From a virus (lineage: Duplodnaviria > Heunggongvirae > Uroviricota > Caudoviricetes): a stretch of DNA of 16,408 nt. Of this stretch, positions 7,742-14,304 are shown in pieces. Each line of letters begins with the position of its first letter. The stretch's first letter is position 1. The notes under the pieces were generated by a model. It made no database searches and was not told the DNA's origin. It saw only the letters and a list, made by a program, of their open reading frames with translations. The stretch covers positions 1 to 16,408 of the IMG/VR virus record IMGVR_UViG_2617271072_000010; one strand, written 5' to 3'. Both the position numbers and the translations under genes were made by a program.

Positions 7742-8064
7742 ACTTTCAGCCCCCTCTCATGTAACCAGTGGGCTGCACGCAGCCTGGCGTTTTCCTCACC
7801 GGCAAGCAGTGCGCGGATAATCCCGACCACCTCGCTGTCGTCGTCCTTCACCGCGGTATGAAGAGTTATCCCCCGGGCCACGCCACGCTTTATCGTGATG
7901 ACGCCTTTTTTCTCCAGTGCGCGAAGATGCTCCACCGCTGCATTCACCGAACGGTATCCCAGCATGGTTGCCACCTCCTGATTGGTTGGCGGAAAGCCAC
8001 GTTCTTGCTGGTAAGAAATCAGCATATCCAGCACCTGCTGCTGTCATTGAGTTAACGTCGTCAT
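7738..8064 (-). pseudogene. LexA N-terminal DNA-binding-domain protein (no peptidase domain) with an in-frame TGA at codon 7
   Basis: Frame from the ATG at 8064 (coupled to the upstream stop as TAATG) reads MTTLTQ-stop-QQQVLDMLISYQQERGFPPTNQEVATMLGYRSVNAAVEHLRALEKKGVITIKRGVARGITL, parallel to E. coli LexA [68 protein letters not shown]. The TGA (8044-8046) sits where LexA has Arg. Reinitiation at GTG 8034 or ATG 8025 could still give a 95-98 aa product. Confidence 0.55.
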
Positions 8065-8558
8065 TAAGCCCCCACGTAATTCCCTGAAAGATACCATTCA
8101 TCACCCGATACAGCGCGCTTGCTGCTTTTCCGTAAGCACAGCTCACGACGCGCCAGAAAGTTGTTTCGTTCTGGCTGGGAGTGACTTTCACGGAATGCCA
8201 CCATCCACACCGTTGCAGCACGACGGTATAACCCCCTCGACTCCAGTTCTTCAGCCTGGCGGGTCAGGCATAAAATCACCCGGGGATCGTTAGTGCCGAC
8301 ATAGAAATTGCGCACAGGTCTGGTTTCTCGAACTGGTTGTGGTTCCGGTTCCTGCGCTCTCTCAGTCAGGCGCGGGAAATGTCTGCGTGTATCTCCTTCA
8401 CAACGGTGAGCCACACGCCCACTCTGACGTAACTTGCTTGCTGACTGCAGAACGCGCTGCCGTGAGTAACCAGCAAAAGCATCCGCAATGTCTCCGGAAG
8501 TACACCCCGGATGGGCTTCAATGAATTTCTGAACGTCATTTAACAGACTCATGATCAC
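8064..8558 (-). CDS. Hypothetical regulator with a PerC-like C-terminal region, 164 aa
   Basis: C-terminal ...AEELESRGLYRRAATVWMVAF... resembles the PerC/Pch family motif from memory; N-terminal half looks like a small winged-helix domain. Tentative. Confidence 0.4.
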   Translation of the reverse strand: MIMSLLNDVQKFIEAHPGCTSGDIADAFAGYSRQRVLQSASKLRQSGRVAHRCEGDTRRHFPRLTERAQEPEPQPVRETRPVRNFYVGTNDPRVILCLTRQAEELESRGLYRRAATVWMVAFRESHSQPERNNFLARRELCLRKSSKRAVSGDEWYLSGNYVGA

Positions 8559-9496
8559 CCCCTGAATCCTGCCGGGATCTGGCTGTAGTCCACGTTGTCG
8601 TAACTGGCTTTGAAGTACGGGTCTTCACGTTTTTCTGTGTGCGTGCTGACGGACGGCGATAAGCGCAGGGAAAGCTCATCCCATTTTTCCCGCAACTTCG
8701 ACGGGCTGAGCACGTTACGGCACCAGAACGGATCGCGGCTGACGCGGCTGTACATCTCGCAGATTTGTTTGTGAGTACGACCATCCTGCACACACATCAG
8801 GCGAATTTCGTTTGCCCAGGCTGTCCAGTTAGGTTCTTTGGGACGAACCACCTCGCCGTCACATTCGGCGGCCTGCTCGTACAGGGCGATGATTTTTTCC
8901 AGAGCCACTGTGCGCAGGTCAAATCATCCTGCGTTCCCCACTGGCGCTTTTTAGGGCTGAATACAACCGCATCAGGATGGCGAGTTAAAAACTCCTGTTC
9001 AGCCGTCTGCGTGTCCGGTTGCGAAGCGTCCGGACGAGAAGTTTTTTTTATCTGACGGATCATGTTTTGATTTTACTGACGGATCCCCGCCAGATTCTGA
9101 CGGGTGAAAACCCGCTTTTTTGCCAGATTTCGACGCATCAAATTTTGACGGGGCAGATTTTGATGCGTCAGATTTTGACGGGTCAGAATCTGACAGTTGA
9201 GAAAATGCCGCTGCCTGAAGCTTCGCAACGTTAAGCTGATAAACATTCGACGCATTACGGTTACCCTGGCGACGCGCCTTACGCGTTAACCAGCCTTCTG
9301 CTTCCAGCCGTGCGATAGCCGTTCTGACGGTACTCATCCCCGCGCCAATCTGACGGGCAATGGTTTCAATTGATGGCCAGCACACACCTTCGTCATTACT
9401 GAAATCAGCCAGGCGGGCCATAATTGCCACGCTGGATAACTTCATGCCTGATGCAGCGCAACCATCCCATACATAGCCGGTTAATTTAGTGCTCAT
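8555..9496 (-). pseudogene. Phage replication initiator (N-terminal winged-helix domain, iteron-encoded linker, DnaT-like C-terminal domain) split over three frames
   Basis: Fragments 8999-9496, 8797-9063 and 8555-8908. The N-terminus (...LADFSNDEGVCWPSIETIARQIGAGMSTVRTAIARLEAEGWL...) is replication-initiator-like; the C-terminus ends ...YSQIPAGFRG, as E. coli DnaT does (...SQIPPGFRG). One base fewer in the A8 run (9042-9049) and one more in the A6 run (8893-8898) give a single ORF of about 313 aa. Confidence 0.6.
9049..9199. repeat. Iteron-like tandem repeats (consensus CAGATTTTGACGG), probable phage origin inside the initiator gene
   Basis: Five contiguous copies with 14-16 bp period at 9124-9199 plus three more degenerate copies upstream (9051, 9073, 9091), flanked by a T8/A8 run at 9042-9049. 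They encode the SKSD/SKSA-rich linker. Confidence 0.6.
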
Positions 9497-9844
9497 GACC
9501 GACCTCTATTTCCCTGAATTTACGACGAAACTGTTCGAGCGGACTGAAGCATTCATGCTCATAACCTTCGCGGAGGTAGATAACCCGTTGTGTTTCCGGC
9601 TCCCAACGAATGACTCTGACGGGCACTCCGTAGTGATCTTTGAACCAGCGGTTAACTTGTCGCAAAGGACTGTCTCCTTCTGCCGGTTGAAATCACCCAC
9701 AGCCCACTCTGCAAAGCTGTGGGTTACAATTTCCCTGTCACCTGGTACATTCACTGCATAGCAATATTCCACCTTCGCTTTTCCACCCGGTACAGGAAGC
9801 GCAATCAGTTGCGAGCGACGGTAGTGTGTTGTTAAACTGTTCAT
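9487..9844 (-). CDS. Hypothetical early protein; coding signal changes frame near 9690 (one broken gene or two overlapping small genes)
   Basis: The frame from the ATG at 9844 is protein-like for about 63 codons, then becomes Ser-rich and low-complexity; another frame reads ...[56 protein letters not shown] and ends overlapping the initiator start. Confidence 0.3.
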
Positions 9845-9913
9845 GCGTTAGTTTCTCCACAACCAGAAGCAATCGACGCCACGACGCCCGGAGCTGCACA
9901 CTCGCGGGCGTCA

Positions 9914-10411
9914 TTACTTTCTGAAATGCAAAAAATTTTTGTAGACAAGTGCTGCATGCTCCTGCAGCTTCGAAATTGAGAGATACAGCTCGTCGTTAAT
10001 TGCTGTCTTCTCATGCGGTTCCACTACACCGTCTTCGATTGCTGAACGAATCTGTTTTGAATAACTGCCGATCTGTTCAATGACTTCCAGCAGACGCTGG
10101 TTAATATCGGCGTTGTCCACATCCTCGACGTCAGGAAGAGACACAAAGACGCCATTTGCAGACTGCGCCACAGCATCAGCAATGAAGTGAGTGCCACCAG
10201 CACGCTGTAAAACCATTGCCCATCCCAGCGGGAAAATCTGATCGCCATCTGCACGAAGGCGGTTGAATAAAGCGTTTTCTGTTACATCGAGCCAGTCAGC
10301 CGCTTCAGCGTAACCACCCGGCAACGCCGCGATAGTTTTTCTGACAGCTTTCACGTACCACTCAGGCTGTTTTTCTATTTTCCAGTGATGCTTACCCACG
10401 ATTAGCCTCAT
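9914..10411 (-). CDS. CII-like phage regulatory protein (CP76/YdaT-like), 165 aa
   Basis: Sits in the cII position after cro; segment ...GYAEAADWLDVTENALFNRLRADGDQIFPLGWAMVLQRAGG... parallels the lambda CII HTH region. Family name recalled, not searched. Confidence 0.5.
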   Translation of the reverse strand: MRLIVGKHHWKIEKQPEWYVKAVRKTIAALPGGYAEAADWLDVTENALFNRLRADGDQIFPLGWAMVLQRAGGTHFIADAVAQSANGVFVSLPDVEDVDNADINQRLLEVIEQIGSYSKQIRSAIEDGVVEPHEKTAINDELYLSISKLQEHAALVYKNFLHFRK

Positions 10412-10502
10412 CGTTCTGTGGTTAAAAATTGAAAGTGTTCTGCTAATCTTTCGGATAGATATCCGGTCTTAAGTCAGATTTCGTAATTGCACCTGACGTG
10501 CA

Positions 10503-10643
10503 TTACTCAAGTTTTTTAGCCAGCACAAAACTGGCTTTTTTATAGCCATTGAAAACCAGCCGTAAGTAGCCAGGTGTTGAGCCAACTTTTCCGGCCAACT
10601 CGCCCTGCTGTTCTTTGGTTAAAGAGTCCCAATACGCTTTCAT
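10503..10643 (-). CDS. Cro-like small HTH protein, 46 aa
   Basis: MKAYWDSLTKEQQGELAGKVGSTPGYLRLVFNGYKKASFVLAKKLE; ATG at 10643 preceded by GGAGG; divergent from the repressor across the operator region. The ORF track extends it to 10982, antisense to cI, which is unlikely to be real. Confidence 0.5.
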   Translation of the reverse strand: MKAYWDSLTKEQQGELAGKVGSTPGYLRLVFNGYKKASFVLAKKLE

Positions 10644-10733
10644 ACAATATGTACCTCCGGTGTACATATTACATGATTGAAATGAACCTTCAAGATACTT
10701 GTACCTTAACGGTACAAGGGTTTTAATTTCGTT
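10644..10733. promoter_or_regulatory. Immunity-region operator/promoter segment with two palindromic operators and divergent promoters
   Basis: O1 ATATGTAC-N7-GTACATAT (10647-10669) and O2 CTTGTACC-N5-GGTACAAG (10698-10718), both perfect. Minus-strand promoter TTGAAG-N16-TAATAT (10688-10693, 10666-10671) overlaps O1. No Shine-Dalgarno before the repressor ATG. Confidence 0.5.
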
Positions 10734-11406
10734 ATGAAAACAATCCATGACATCCGGCGGTCTAACGCCAGAAAACTGAGAGATGGTGTTGGCGGGAATT
10801 CTTCCTTTGCCACTATGATTGATCGCGAGCCAACCCAGACCAGCAGGTTTATGGGAGATGGTGCTACTAAAAATATCGGTGACAGCATGGCACGACACAT
10901 CGAAAAATGTTTCGACCTGCCTGTCGGATGGCTCGATCAAGAACACCAGACAACGAACATCACAAAAAACCTGATGTTTCAATCACTAATAAACAAATCA
11001 CATTAGTCCCTGTCATATCATGGTACAGGCCGGAGCATGGAAAGAAGTTGGATATTCTGAGGTTGATTTGAGCACAGCAGAAACGTATCCCTGCCCTGTA
11101 CCCTGTGGGGAAATGACTTATATCTTGCGGGTGATAGGTGATTCAATGATTGATGAGTACCGCCCGGGAGACATGATTTTTGTCGATCCTGAAGTACCTG
11201 CCTGCCACGGTGACGACGTTATTGCATTGATGCACGATACAGGTGAAACCACCTTCAAAAGGTTGATAGAAGATGGGACACAGCGTTATCTCAAAGCGTT
11301 AAACCCAAACTGGCCTGAGCCTTACATTAAGATCAACGGTAATTGCTCTATAATTGGTACAGTGATTTTCTCAGGAAAACCAAGAAGATACAAAATCAAA
11401 GCCTAA
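10734..11406 (+). pseudogene. CI-like repressor (HTH domain plus S24 LexA-like peptidase domain) split over three frames
   Basis: 10734-11006 encodes the HTH domain (...IGDSMARHIEKCFDLPVGWLDQE...); 11020-11406 encodes the S24 domain (MVQAGAWKEV...RVIGDSM...TTFKRL). A third frame between them reads ...KQITLVPVISW. One extra A in the A6 run (10964-10969) and one extra base near 11021 would give an intact repressor of about 222 aa. Confidence 0.7.
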
Positions 11407-11418
11407 TCAATGTTTATG

Positions 11419-11441
11419 AACCTGCTTCGGCAGGTTTTTTT
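11419..11441 (+). terminator. Rho-independent terminator after the repressor gene
   Basis: ACCTGC-TTCG-GCAGGT perfect 6-bp stem followed by T6-T7, 13 bp after the stop codon. Confidence 0.6.
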
Positions 11442-11445
11442 ATAC

Positions 11446-11478
11446 TTGACAATGTACCTTTGAGATACATAATGTACC
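11446..11478 (+). promoter_or_regulatory. pL-like promoter candidate with operator-like motifs
   Basis: TTGACA (11446-11451), 16-bp spacer, CATAAT (11468-11473). ATGTACC occurs twice and TACAT-a-ATGTA forms a palindrome (11466-11476), the same TGTAC core as the operators at 10647-10718. Confidence 0.35.
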
Positions 11479-11558
11479 CAAGCGAAACAACGAACAGGCA
11501 GGACGCCCACGAAGTAGCCGCCTGGGGCATATGAAGTCCAGGATGATTCGTTAGCAAC

Positions 11559-11580
11559 AAAAAAGCGCCCTATAGGACGC
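11559..11580 (-). terminator. Terminator-like hairpin downstream of the minus-strand membrane-protein gene
   Basis: Minus strand GCGTCC-TATA-GGGCGC (one G-U) followed by TTTTTT; 234 bp from the gene end, so the assignment is weak. Confidence 0.3.
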
Positions 11581-11813
11581 TTCGCTCTTTAACAATCTGG
11601 AGATCCCCAACACTTAACGGGATTTTGGCTTCGGTTCTGGCGGTGAAGGACGAGGTTTTAAGGGTATATGATCCTCTTTCCATGTATATATAAATGCATT
11701 CATTTGGTCATCTCAATATAGAATCCATTATTAATTCATACTCATAAAGCCTGTGTGACTTTGGTGATGGTGGTCTGGGCTTTGGAGGTACATGGTTAGG
11801 GATTATGGGAATT

Positions 11814-12293
11814 CTATTTGTCATTATTACACCTTTTTGACCGAGGCAAATCTCCAGCAAACCATGCGATAACGCTATGCATGAATGATATTTCTGACTC
11901 ATCAACACGTCCCAGCGCAATACAGGTCCGTTTGAACGCAGCATCTTGTAAAGATCTCCATGGATTACTATCAGCGTCTTGAACCTTTAAAAACCGAGTG
12001 CGTAGTTCGTCATCAGAAAGGGAGGAAAACTCAACAATCAACCTTTTATACTGTCGCATCTGTTCCTTTGATAAGCCAGCTTCCTGCCCAAATTGGTATA
12101 CCAATTGAAGCACCGACAAAATAGCTACAGATGCGCCAAAAATAAACATATTGCTATATGGCGCAAAAACAGAAAAGCCCAAGACAATGAGAACAAGAGT
12201 TATGCTCTTGTCTATCCGATTTAAAAGGGTGTAATTCATTTTCTCAAGAAAGAAAGAATAATGAATATCGAATGCTAGATCGTCTCGAGTCAT
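11814..12293 (-). CDS. Low-GC membrane protein (two predicted TM helices, soluble C-terminal domain), 159 aa; superinfection-exclusion-type moron candidate
   Basis: ATG at 12293 with RBS AAGGGA; hydrophobic segments ITLVLIVLGFSVFAPY and FIFGASVAILSVLQLVYQF; opposite strand to the surrounding operon, adjacent to the immunity region. No family recognised. Confidence 0.5.
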   Translation of the reverse strand: MTRDDLAFDIHYSFFLEKMNYTLLNRIDKSITLVLIVLGFSVFAPYSNMFIFGASVAILSVLQLVYQFGQEAGLSKEQMRQYKRLIVEFSSLSDDELRTRFLKVQDADSNPWRSLQDAAFKRTCIALGRVDESEISFMHSVIAWFAGDLPRSKRCNNDK

Positions 12294-12399
12294 CTCTATT
12301 CCCTTACATTTCAGGTTTCGGCTCAGGGATCGGTGCTGGTCTCTGATTTACCGGAACATGAAATTTTTCATTGCTATCTACGTACATATTTCCTTCCTA

Positions 12400-12449
12400 C
12401 CTGTTGTTGGGATATCCAGATTATACCGAATCCTTGTTGTTGGGGAATA
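12400..12449. repeat. Two direct repeats CC(T)TGTTGTTGGG(G)A about 32 bp apart in a non-coding stretch
   Basis: Copies at 12400-12414 and 12432-12449, read directly from the sequence; function unknown. Confidence 0.3.
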
Positions 12450-12673
12450 ACCAGGTCCACCTCGCCTGATGTGGCTAAAAGCAGGCACATAACAGCTAAG
12501 TATTTTCAACCAGAGAGAATCCTTAGCGTTGTGGTGAATGCGGCTCAGCGCACGCGGGTTAAGGTTGAGGCTGACAGTCGACCTTCTGTGGATACCCACC
12601 CGTCTGGTGTACAACCTTCGCCAGGCACCGGGAGGCACCCGGCACCACAACTTTATGCTGTGTGTTGTCTTGG

Positions 12674-12718
12674 CGGTACCAGCTTGTACCCTTGCTTCCG
12701 GCTGGTACCGTCCTTTTT
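12674..12718 (+). other. 10-bp perfect stem (CGGTACCAGC / GCTGGTACCG) with a 17-nt loop, followed by T5; possible 3' end of a plus-strand RNA
   Basis: Read directly from the sequence; lies inside the GC-rich 12300-12900 stretch where every overlapping ORF translates to low-complexity sequence. Confidence 0.3.
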
Positions 12719-12930
12719 ACAAAACAGAGAAGAGCATCATCGGACGACGGGCTCATAACCCAATCCATCCGGGCGGCTGCCACCACAGGTGTTCTTCTCT
12801 GTTTTGTGGAGAAACTAACCGCCCTACGGGGGCATTTATGGAAATGTAATTGACTCAATAATCGCCGGACGGTGAGGGCTTCCTTTTACCCGAATTCAGC
12901 GCGGTGCAGCGCATATACGTGGAGAACAAA

Positions 12931-13437
12931 ATGTCATTTATTAAAACTTTTTCCGGGAAGCATTTTTATTATGACAGGATAAATAAAGACGACATCGTTA
13001 TTAACGATATCGCGGTTTCCCTTTCAAATATCTGTCGCTTTGCAGGACATCTTTCACACTTCTACAGCGTCGCCCAACATGCGGTGCTTTGCAGCCAGCT
13101 GGTACCGCAGGAATTTGCTTTTGAAGCGTTAATGCATGATGCAACAGAAGCGTATTGCCAGGACATCCCGGCTCCACTGAAACGCCTTCTTCCTGACTAT
13201 AAACGGATGGAAGAAAAAATAGACGCCGTAATCCGTGAAAAATACGGGTTACCCCCGGTTATGAGCACGCCTGTGAAATATGCCGATCTCATCATGCTGG
13301 CAACCGAACGCCGCGATCTCGGGCTTGATGATGGCTCTTTCTGGCCTGTACTGGAAGGCATCCCGGCAACAGAGATGTTCAACGTGATTCCACTGGCACC
13401 GGGCCAGGCCTACGGGATGTTTATGGAACGTTTTTAA
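12931..13437 (+). CDS. HD-domain phosphohydrolase (YfdR-like), about 168 aa
   Basis: H...HD motif (RFAGHLSHFYSVAQHAVL...ALMHDATEAYCQDIP); start set at the ATG at 12931 (GGAG 7 nt upstream) rather than the ORF-track start at 12904. YfdR resemblance is from memory. Confidence 0.7.
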   Translation: MSFIKTFSGKHFYYDRINKDDIVINDIAVSLSNICRFAGHLSHFYSVAQHAVLCSQLVPQEFAFEALMHDATEAYCQDIPAPLKRLLPDYKRMEEKIDAVIREKYGLPPVMSTPVKYADLIMLATERRDLGLDDGSFWPVLEGIPATEMFNVIPLAPGQAYGMFMERF

Positions 13438-13458
13438 CGAGTTATCGGAGTTACGCAA

Positions 13459-13821
13459 ATGCGCATGAATGTTTTCGAAATGGAAGGGTTTCTTCGCGGG
13501 AAATGTGTACCGCGAGATCTGAAAGTGAACGAAACAAATGCTGAGTACCTAGTACGTAAATTCAACGCGCTTGAAGCTAAATGTGCGGCACTGGAAAACA
13601 AAATAATACCAGTGTCAGCTGAACTGCCACCAGCAAATGAAAGTGTTCTGTTATTTGATGCTAGTGGAGAAGGCTGGCTGATTGGCTGGCGTTCTCTCTG
13701 GTACACATGGGGGCAAAAAGAAACCGGAGAATGGCAGTGGACATTTCAGGTCGGGGACCTTGAAAACGTCAATATCACTCACTGGGCAGTAATGCCGAAA
13801 GCACCGGAGACTAAGAAATGA
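13459..13821 (+). CDS. DUF551-domain prophage protein (YfdS-like), 120 aa
   Basis: C-terminal ...GEWQWTFQVGDLENVNITHWAVMPKAPE matches the DUF551 signature common in enterobacterial prophage early regions. Confidence 0.6.
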   Translation: MRMNVFEMEGFLRGKCVPRDLKVNETNAEYLVRKFNALEAKCAALENKIIPVSAELPPANESVLLFDASGEGWLIGWRSLWYTWGQKETGEWQWTFQVGDLENVNITHWAVMPKAPETKK

Positions 13822-14033
13822 GCGTGATAAAAACTCATACAGGAATTGTTATCACCCGAGACGGTGAAAAGCGGATGAAATTACATTCCACTGAAACGTC
13901 CTGGGTTGCCGGACGTTGTGAATCCTACGACAAAAAGACTGGTTACCGTTGGGGGGCGCCAAACATGCGTCGCCGTCTGATCCTGGACAGCATCAGGCCA
14001 ATAAAACAGGTAGCAACCAGAGAACAAAATTAA
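13818..14033 (+). CDS. Hypothetical small protein, 71 aa
   Basis: ORF coupled to the upstream gene (start overlaps the upstream stop by 4 nt); no family recognised. Confidence 0.35.
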   Translation: MSVIKTHTGIVITRDGEKRMKLHSTETSWVAGRCESYDKKTGYRWGAPNMRRRLILDSIRPIKQVATREQN

Positions 14034-14094
14034 TTATCAGGACTGGAATTTGATATTACTGCCCGAGTGCAGCGGGCTAAGTGGAGAAACAGCC

Positions 14095-14304
14095 ATGGCA
14101 AAACTAATGAAAGCGAGCCAATGGGGACGCCGTGAATTCTCTAATGGCTCAATTCCTGACAACCGAACGATAAAACGTTGGGTCGAGAACGGTCTACTCA
14201 TGGGACGCATCGTGGACGGTTCTGTTTTTGTCTGCGAAACAGAAAAATGGGGAGTCGACTCAATGGTTAGTCAAGCTGTTCGCAAGTTAATAAACGAGGG
14301 GTGA
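14095..14304 (+). CDS. xis: Excisionase (lambda Xis-like), about 69 aa
   Basis: ...QWGRREFSNGSIPDNRTIKRWVENGLLMGRIVDGSVFVCETE... parallels lambda Xis (...WNARQRRPRSLETVRRWVRECRIF...); start set at the ATG at 14095 (GGAG upstream); immediately precedes the integrase. Confidence 0.6.
   Translation: MAKLMKASQWGRREFSNGSIPDNRTIKRWVENGLLMGRIVDGSVFVCETEKWGVDSMVSQAVRKLINEG

Noticed and set aside
7768-8221. ORFs 7796-8221 (minus) and 7768-8055 (plus)
   Set aside because: Overlap the LexA-domain and PerC-like genes in other frames or antisense; translations are low-complexity.
8536-8793. ORF 8536-8793 (minus), 85 aa
   Set aside because: Alternative frame within the DnaT-like C-terminal segment of the initiator; Arg/Ser/Thr-rich junk-like translation.
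9049-9199. Possible CRISPR array
   Set aside because: Repeat period is about 15 bp with no unique spacers and the array lies inside a coding sequence; this is an iteron array, not CRISPR.
9019-9255. Small ORFs on both strands across the iteron region (9019-9234 plus, 9073-9255 minus)
   Set aside because: They are repeat-generated (QILTGQ and QNLxRQ repeats) and lie inside the replication initiator gene.
10503-10982. The full 159-aa minus-strand ORF
   Set aside because: Most of it is antisense to the repressor HTH coding region and crosses the operator region; only the last 46 codons, with their own RBS, look like a real Cro-like gene.
11343-11534. ORF 11343-11534 (plus), 63 aa
   Set aside because: Starts inside the repressor gene and runs across its terminator and the promoter-like region; not plausible as a gene.
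12333-12858. Five overlapping ORFs on both strands (12333-12758, 12378-12650, 12538-12849, 12559-12858, 12662-12853)
   Set aside because: Translations are Arg/Pro/Gly-rich and low-complexity with no protein-like features, and they overlap in all frames, as expected for stop-poor GC-rich non-coding sequence. Reported as a structured non-coding stretch instead.
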